Shown one piece after another: positions 59,947-64,000 of a stretch of 64,000 nucleotides of DNA. The notes beneath the pieces were generated by a model that was given only the letters and a program-made list of their open reading frames with translations, did not search any database and was not told the origin of the DNA. Origin of the DNA: Opitutia bacterium (lineage in GTDB: Bacteria > Verrucomicrobiota > Verrucomicrobiia > Opitutales > Opitutaceae); assembly GCA_947478395.1 (NCBI GenBank), contig CANJVR010000001.1:800001-864000 (forward strand). Direction: 5' to 3'. Both the position numbers and the translations under genes were made by a program. Positions within the stretch are counted from its first letter, which is position 1; each line of letters starts with the position of its first letter.

Positions 59947-62561
59947 GGCGCCGGACGAAACAGCTTATCCGAGGAATTTCCGCCGGATAATATGTAAGCG
60001 ACGAGATCGGAAACTTCCGACTCGTTCAGTGAATTGATCAGCCCCGGCGGCATCATCGACACCGGATAAACGGAGCGCGACTTTACCAAGGCTGTTTTAA
60101 CGCGGACCTTTTCTTCGGGCATGAAGGGGTTGCTCAACACGATCAGCTCGCCGTTTTCTTCCCCCGCCACGCGGCCGACAATCGTTGCTCCGTCCGTGCT
60201 TAGAATTTGCTCGGTGCCGTATTGGTCGCTGATCACGCGCGAAGGCTCGATGATATTCTCGAGCAGATCACGCACGCTATATCGGCTGCCCGCGACACTC
60301 AGATCCGGACCAATACCCCCGCCCTCGCCGTTGAAGCGGTGGCAAACAATACAACCTCCGGCGGAGAACATGGCCCGGCCTTGCGCAAAGTCGCGACCCT
60401 GCATCTTCGCCGATACAATCGTGGCCGTTTCGCTGGTGGCGTATGAACGCCCCGGGCCTTTCGCCGGAATCGCCGCCGCCATGAAGGCCGGAGACGGTGG
60501 CTTCGAAAGACCGTCGAGCGCCGCTCGCTCTGCGGAATCAGCCACGTGCGTGAGTGCATCGGTGCGGATGTTACGCAAAAATCCCTCGAAGCTCGCGCCC
60601 CCTTTCCAAGCGCGCGTCCGAGCGAACCAAGAGAAATAATCGGCGTGTAATTTCGGCGTCCAACCCGCTGTCGCATTGCGAAGATTGTAAGCGAAATGGA
60701 TCTGCTGGCGGTCCGGCCGGCTGGCGCCGACGCTGTCCACGACTTTGCCGTAGGAATCGTTGCGCGTAGTGAGCTCCGGTCCGCCAAACGCTTCAGCGGT
60801 GCGAACCAGCGGTTCGGAGACGCTGAGCAACGGGATCGTTTTTGCCACCACGGTAGGCGAATCGAGATAGATCAGCAGGGAGACGAGCTCACGATTTACG
60901 AACCGGTCCGCGTGCGGAAACTGGACGTCCCATTTGGCGGCGAGTCGCGCGCAAACGTCGGGGGCCGGTTTGCCCATCCGCGTGAACGCGAGCTGCCACG
61001 CCCGCAAAACCGGCAAGCGCAAATCCGCCGGCAGTGCCGCGAACTCCAAACGCTCGAGGGCTGCGATGAGACGTGGCTGCAATGCGCGGTCTCCCCGGCG
61101 CGCCAGCGCGATCAGGGCCTCGACTGCGGCCTGGGGATTTTTTTCCGCGAGCGCGCGCTCCGCCCATTTTTCCGCGGGCTGACGTTCGATCGCGACGCGA
61201 GCGGCGAAGCGGATGAAACGGTCTGCATTGGCGAGGTGAGGCCAGGCTTGGTCGATCGCCTCCGGCCCGACCCCATCGGCGTGCAAGGCTTCAATCGACC
61301 GGCGCAGTAGTGCCGCGGCGTTCGGCGGAGCGATCGTGGCGGGCGCGGTGCTTTCGGAGCCGACGTAGGTCACGCGATAAAGCGCGGCCTGCGTGCGGCG
61401 GCCACCGACCGCAAAGTACATCGCACCGTCGTGCGGATTGATCACGAGATCGGTCAACGGCAGCGGCTTGCCCGTAATAAATTCTTCCCGTTCCGCGCGG
61501 TAGCTCGCGCCATCGGGTTGGAGGTGGATCGCGTAGAGCGTGCCAAACGTCCAATCGCAGGCAAACAGTGCACGCTGGTACTTCGCGGAAAATTTCGCGT
61601 TCGTGCCGAAAGTCAGGCCGGTGGGACAACCCGGTCCCAAGTCGATGGCGCCGGGCAGGCTGTCGGCGTAGTACGCCGGCCAGCGACCTGCGCCACTCCG
61701 CCAGCCGAAGTCGGCTCCGCTCACCGCGTGATTGATCCGGGTCGGAAGGTACCAAGGTGAACCTTGGTCCCACTCCATGTCGGAATCGTAGGTGAAGAGT
61801 TCGCCGTTTTGATCGAACGCGACATCGAACGCATTGCGAAAGCCCATGCTAAAAAGATCGATCGTTTTCCCGTCGCGATCCATGCGCGCGATATAGCCGC
61901 CCGGGGCATATTTGTCGCGGGCGTGGCCGCGAGCATCCCACATCCGCGGCAGGAGATGATCTTCGCCCCAACCGACCGGGCGTGATTTTTCCATGTCCTT
62001 CGGTAAATCGGTGTGGTTCCCGTTGGTGAAATAAATCGACTGACCATCGGGGCTGAGCACCAACGCATGCGGGCCATGCTCGCCGCTGCCATTCATCGTA
62101 CGCAGAAGTTCCGGCGCCGCGAAATCGTCATCGCCCGTCGTGTCGCGCAGACGCCACAGCCCGGACTTCGCTTTGTCTTCGTTCACCATCACGTAGAGGC
62201 TATTGAATGCATACAGCAAACCGTGCGCACCGGTGAGACCGGTCTTGAGTGGCTCAACCTTGGTGCCCGTCGTGGAATTCGGGGAAGGCAACGTCACCCG
62301 ATATACGCCGCCGTATTGGTCGCTGACAATCAGCCGGCCCTTGGGATCGACGGTCATCGCGACCCACGAGCCCTGCTCGACGCGCGGCACCGTGTAGAGC
62401 AGATCGACCTTGAAGCCGGGAGCAACGTGCAAGACCGCCGGGTCGGTCGCAGGCGGCAGTTGGATCGCCGGAGGAGGTGGCGCCGGAGCGGGAGCCGGAG
62501 CTTGGGCGAACGCCGAGGCGATCGCGCCGAAAAACAAAACCGCGGAAAGGTTGGAGGCCAT
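59943..62561 (-). CDS. PVC-type heme-binding protein (beta-propeller + HEAT repeats + cytochrome c)
   Basis: GEHGPH, GFRNAFD, DSDMEWD, CIVCH, IGPDLS, IIEPS, SMMPPGL. Confidence 0.88.
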   Translation of the reverse strand: MASNLSAVLFFGAIASAFAQAPAPAPAPPPPAIQLPPATDPAVLHVAPGFKVDLLYTVPRVEQGSWVAMTVDPKGRLIVSDQYGGVYRVTLPSPNSTTGTKVEPLKTGLTGAHGLLYAFNSLYVMVNEDKAKSGLWRLRDTTGDDDFAAPELLRTMNGSGEHGPHALVLSPDGQSIYFTNGNHTDLPKDMEKSRPVGWGEDHLLPRMWDARGHARDKYAPGGYIARMDRDGKTIDLFSMGFRNAFDVAFDQNGELFTYDSDMEWDQGSPWYLPTRINHAVSGADFGWRSGAGRWPAYYADSLPGAIDLGPGCPTGLTFGTNAKFSAKYQRALFACDWTFGTLYAIHLQPDGASYRAEREEFITGKPLPLTDLVINPHDGAMYFAVGGRRTQAALYRVTYVGSESTAPATIAPPNAAALLRRSIEALHADGVGPEAIDQAWPHLANADRFIRFAARVAIERQPAEKWAERALAEKNPQAAVEALIALARRGDRALQPRLIAALERLEFAALPADLRLPVLRAWQLAFTRMGKPAPDVCARLAAKWDVQFPHADRFVNRELVSLLIYLDSPTVVAKTIPLLSVSEPLVRTAEAFGGPELTTRNDSYGKVVDSVGASRPDRQQIHFAYNLRNATAGWTPKLHADYFSWFARTRAWKGGASFEGFLRNIRTDALTHVADSAERAALDGLSKPPSPAFMAAAIPAKGPGRSYATSETATIVSAKMQGRDFAQGRAMFSAGGCIVCHRFNGEGGGIGPDLSVAGSRYSVRDLLENIIEPSRVISDQYGTEQILSTDGATIVGRVAGEENGELIVLSNPFMPEEKVRVKTALVKSRSVYPVSMMPPGLINSLNESEVSDLVAYILSGGNSSDKLFRPAP

Positions 62562-62577
62562 GGAGGTAATCCTTAGC

Positions 62578-63312
62578 TCAGGGCAGCGTTTTGAGTTGAA
62601 TATCCTTATACTGAATCGTCATCGGCGGACCGACGTGCAGCTGGAACGCGAGCACGCCTGCTTTTGAAGCACGCACCGCATCGAGGTCCAAGACATCGGC
62701 GGTAAGCGTGCCGTTGAGATACTGGCGGACGTGCTCGCCTTCCGCGATAATCACGAACTCGTTCCATTCGCTTTTCTTGTAGGCGGCCGTAGCGACGGCC
62801 GGCGCGGTCGGAGTGCCGAGAATTTCCACCGCGTGCTTGCCGTCGGCTCCGGTGACGATGCGAATTTTTTCGCCCGGCTTCATCATGATGCCGCGGCCTT
62901 TTTCCTCGTAGAGCATGCCGACGTAAGGCCGCGTGAAATCGATGTCGGCCTGATAGCCGCCGACCACGAACGTGGCGGCGTCGAGTACTTTGCTGCGGAA
63001 CTGAATCCCGGAATTGGCCTTCGCCTCGTTGTTATCGGCCAACAGGCGAAACGAAAGTCGCAGCTCAAAGTTAGCGACCTCGCCGCCCTGCCAGACGAGA
63101 AACGTGTTCGCCTTGAGCATATTCTCCGCGGTCGTCTGACCCGTGATCATGCCATCGCGCACGGACCAAAATCCGGGCAGTCCGGCCCAACCATTCAGAT
63201 CGCGGCCGTTGAAGATCGATTTGAAACCAGGGTCCGCGGCAAACGCGGACACCGAAAGCGCGGCCACAAGCCCGAGCAGGCTAAGCAGGCGATAGGAACG
63301 AGGGGTATTCAT
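62578..63312 (-). CDS. DUF1080 (3-keto-disaccharide hydrolase-like) protein, secreted
   Basis: FNGRDLNGW, NSGIQFRS, GYQADI, EWNE, QLHVG. Confidence 0.88.
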   Translation of the reverse strand: MNTPRSYRLLSLLGLVAALSVSAFAADPGFKSIFNGRDLNGWAGLPGFWSVRDGMITGQTTAENMLKANTFLVWQGGEVANFELRLSFRLLADNNEAKANSGIQFRSKVLDAATFVVGGYQADIDFTRPYVGMLYEEKGRGIMMKPGEKIRIVTGADGKHAVEILGTPTAPAVATAAYKKSEWNEFVIIAEGEHVRQYLNGTLTADVLDLDAVRASKAGVLAFQLHVGPPMTIQYKDIQLKTLP

Positions 63313-63359
63313 GGGGTAAAGGGAGCGCGCGACTGCAGCGCGCGGCGGGGGTTTCAAAA

Positions 63360-63382
63360 CGCGGGCTGAAACCTCGCGCTAC
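63360..63382. repeat. REP-like repeat family C copy
   Basis: CGCGGGCTGAAACCTCGCGCTAC; overlaps the TAG stop at 63379. Confidence 0.65.
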
Positions 63383-64000
63383 TTGCTACGCGCCGATTTC
63401 ACATTTTGCCAGCGCCGCGATTTGGCGGATTTCAAAACCGCGTCGGTGACGTAATCCGTGGCTAGACCATCGCGGAACGTCGGCGCCGCCGGCTGGCCGT
63501 TCGACAGACCCGCCACGAAATCTGCCACTTGGTGCACGAAGCTATGCTCGTAGCCGATCTGCAGTCCCGGCACCCACCAATGTTTCATGTACGGTTGGTC
63601 GCCGTCGCTCACGTGAATCGAGCGCCAGCCGCGCACGTTGCCGGCATCGCGATGATCGAAGAACTGCAGGCGATGCAGGTCATGGAGATCCCAGCAGAGC
63701 GAGCCGTGTTCGCCGTTGATCTCAAAAGTGTAGAGCGCTTTGTGTCCACGCGCGTAACGCGTCGCCTCGAAAGTGGCGAGCGAGCCATTGCTGAAACGCG
63801 CGAGAAACGCCGACGCGTCGTCGATCAGCACTTTCTGCTTTTTGCCGCTGAGCGCGTGCTTGCGCTCCTTCACGAAGGTCTCGGTCATCGCCGTCACCGA
63901 GTCGATCCCGCCATTGAGCCAGAGCGCCGTATCGATGCAGTGCGCGAGCAAATCGCCCGTGACGCCGCTGCCGGCGACCGATGCGTCGAGCCGCCACGTG
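63379..64000 (-). CDS. Gfo/Idh/MocA oxidoreductase, C-terminal part (5' end outside the window)
   Basis: [38 protein letters not shown]. Confidence 0.85.
   Translation of the reverse strand, partial: TWRLDASVAGSGVTGDLLAHCIDTALWLNGGIDSVTAMTETFVKERKHALSGKKQKVLIDDASAFLARFSNGSLATFEATRYARGHKALYTFEINGEHGSLCWDLHDLHRLQFFDHRDAGNVRGWRSIHVSDGDQPYMKHWWVPGLQIGYEHSFVHQVADFVAGLSNGQPAAPTFRDGLATDYVTDAVLKSAKSRRWQNVKSARSK

Overview
GC-rich bacterial chromosomal segment with about 60 genes. Gene content suggests Verrucomicrobia, probably Opitutaceae (inference from the PVC-type heme protein, GSII, GldAFG/DUF4340 and DUF1080). Most of it is core or catabolic: GH29 fucosidase, sufU-sufS, chrA, sugar oxidoreductases/isomerase, msrB, xseA, two GT2s, def, pduO plus DUF6580, PIN-PhoH, a sulfate-assimilation cluster (rrf2, cysNDH | cobA-sirB-cysI), amn-sufE-tatD, glnII, dnaX, SRP RNA, an ECF sigma module, leuA, a periplasmic PQQ cluster, rlmN, a Gld-like ABC system and metF. 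No transposase, integrase, CRISPR, tRNA or rRNA was seen. The most interesting stretch is about 30.6-36.4 kb: (1) a triplicated multi-hairpin RNA element with compensatory changes, placed right after the stop codons of glnII and of an unannotated 59-aa ORF that has a sigma28-like promoter; (2) a sigma54-type glnII promoter divergent from a minimal kinase-PP2C-GGCT operon; (3) dnaX split at an A10 run (A_AAA_AAG), where the -1 frame supplies a tau-like C-terminus. All calls come from motif recognition by eye; no database search was run.
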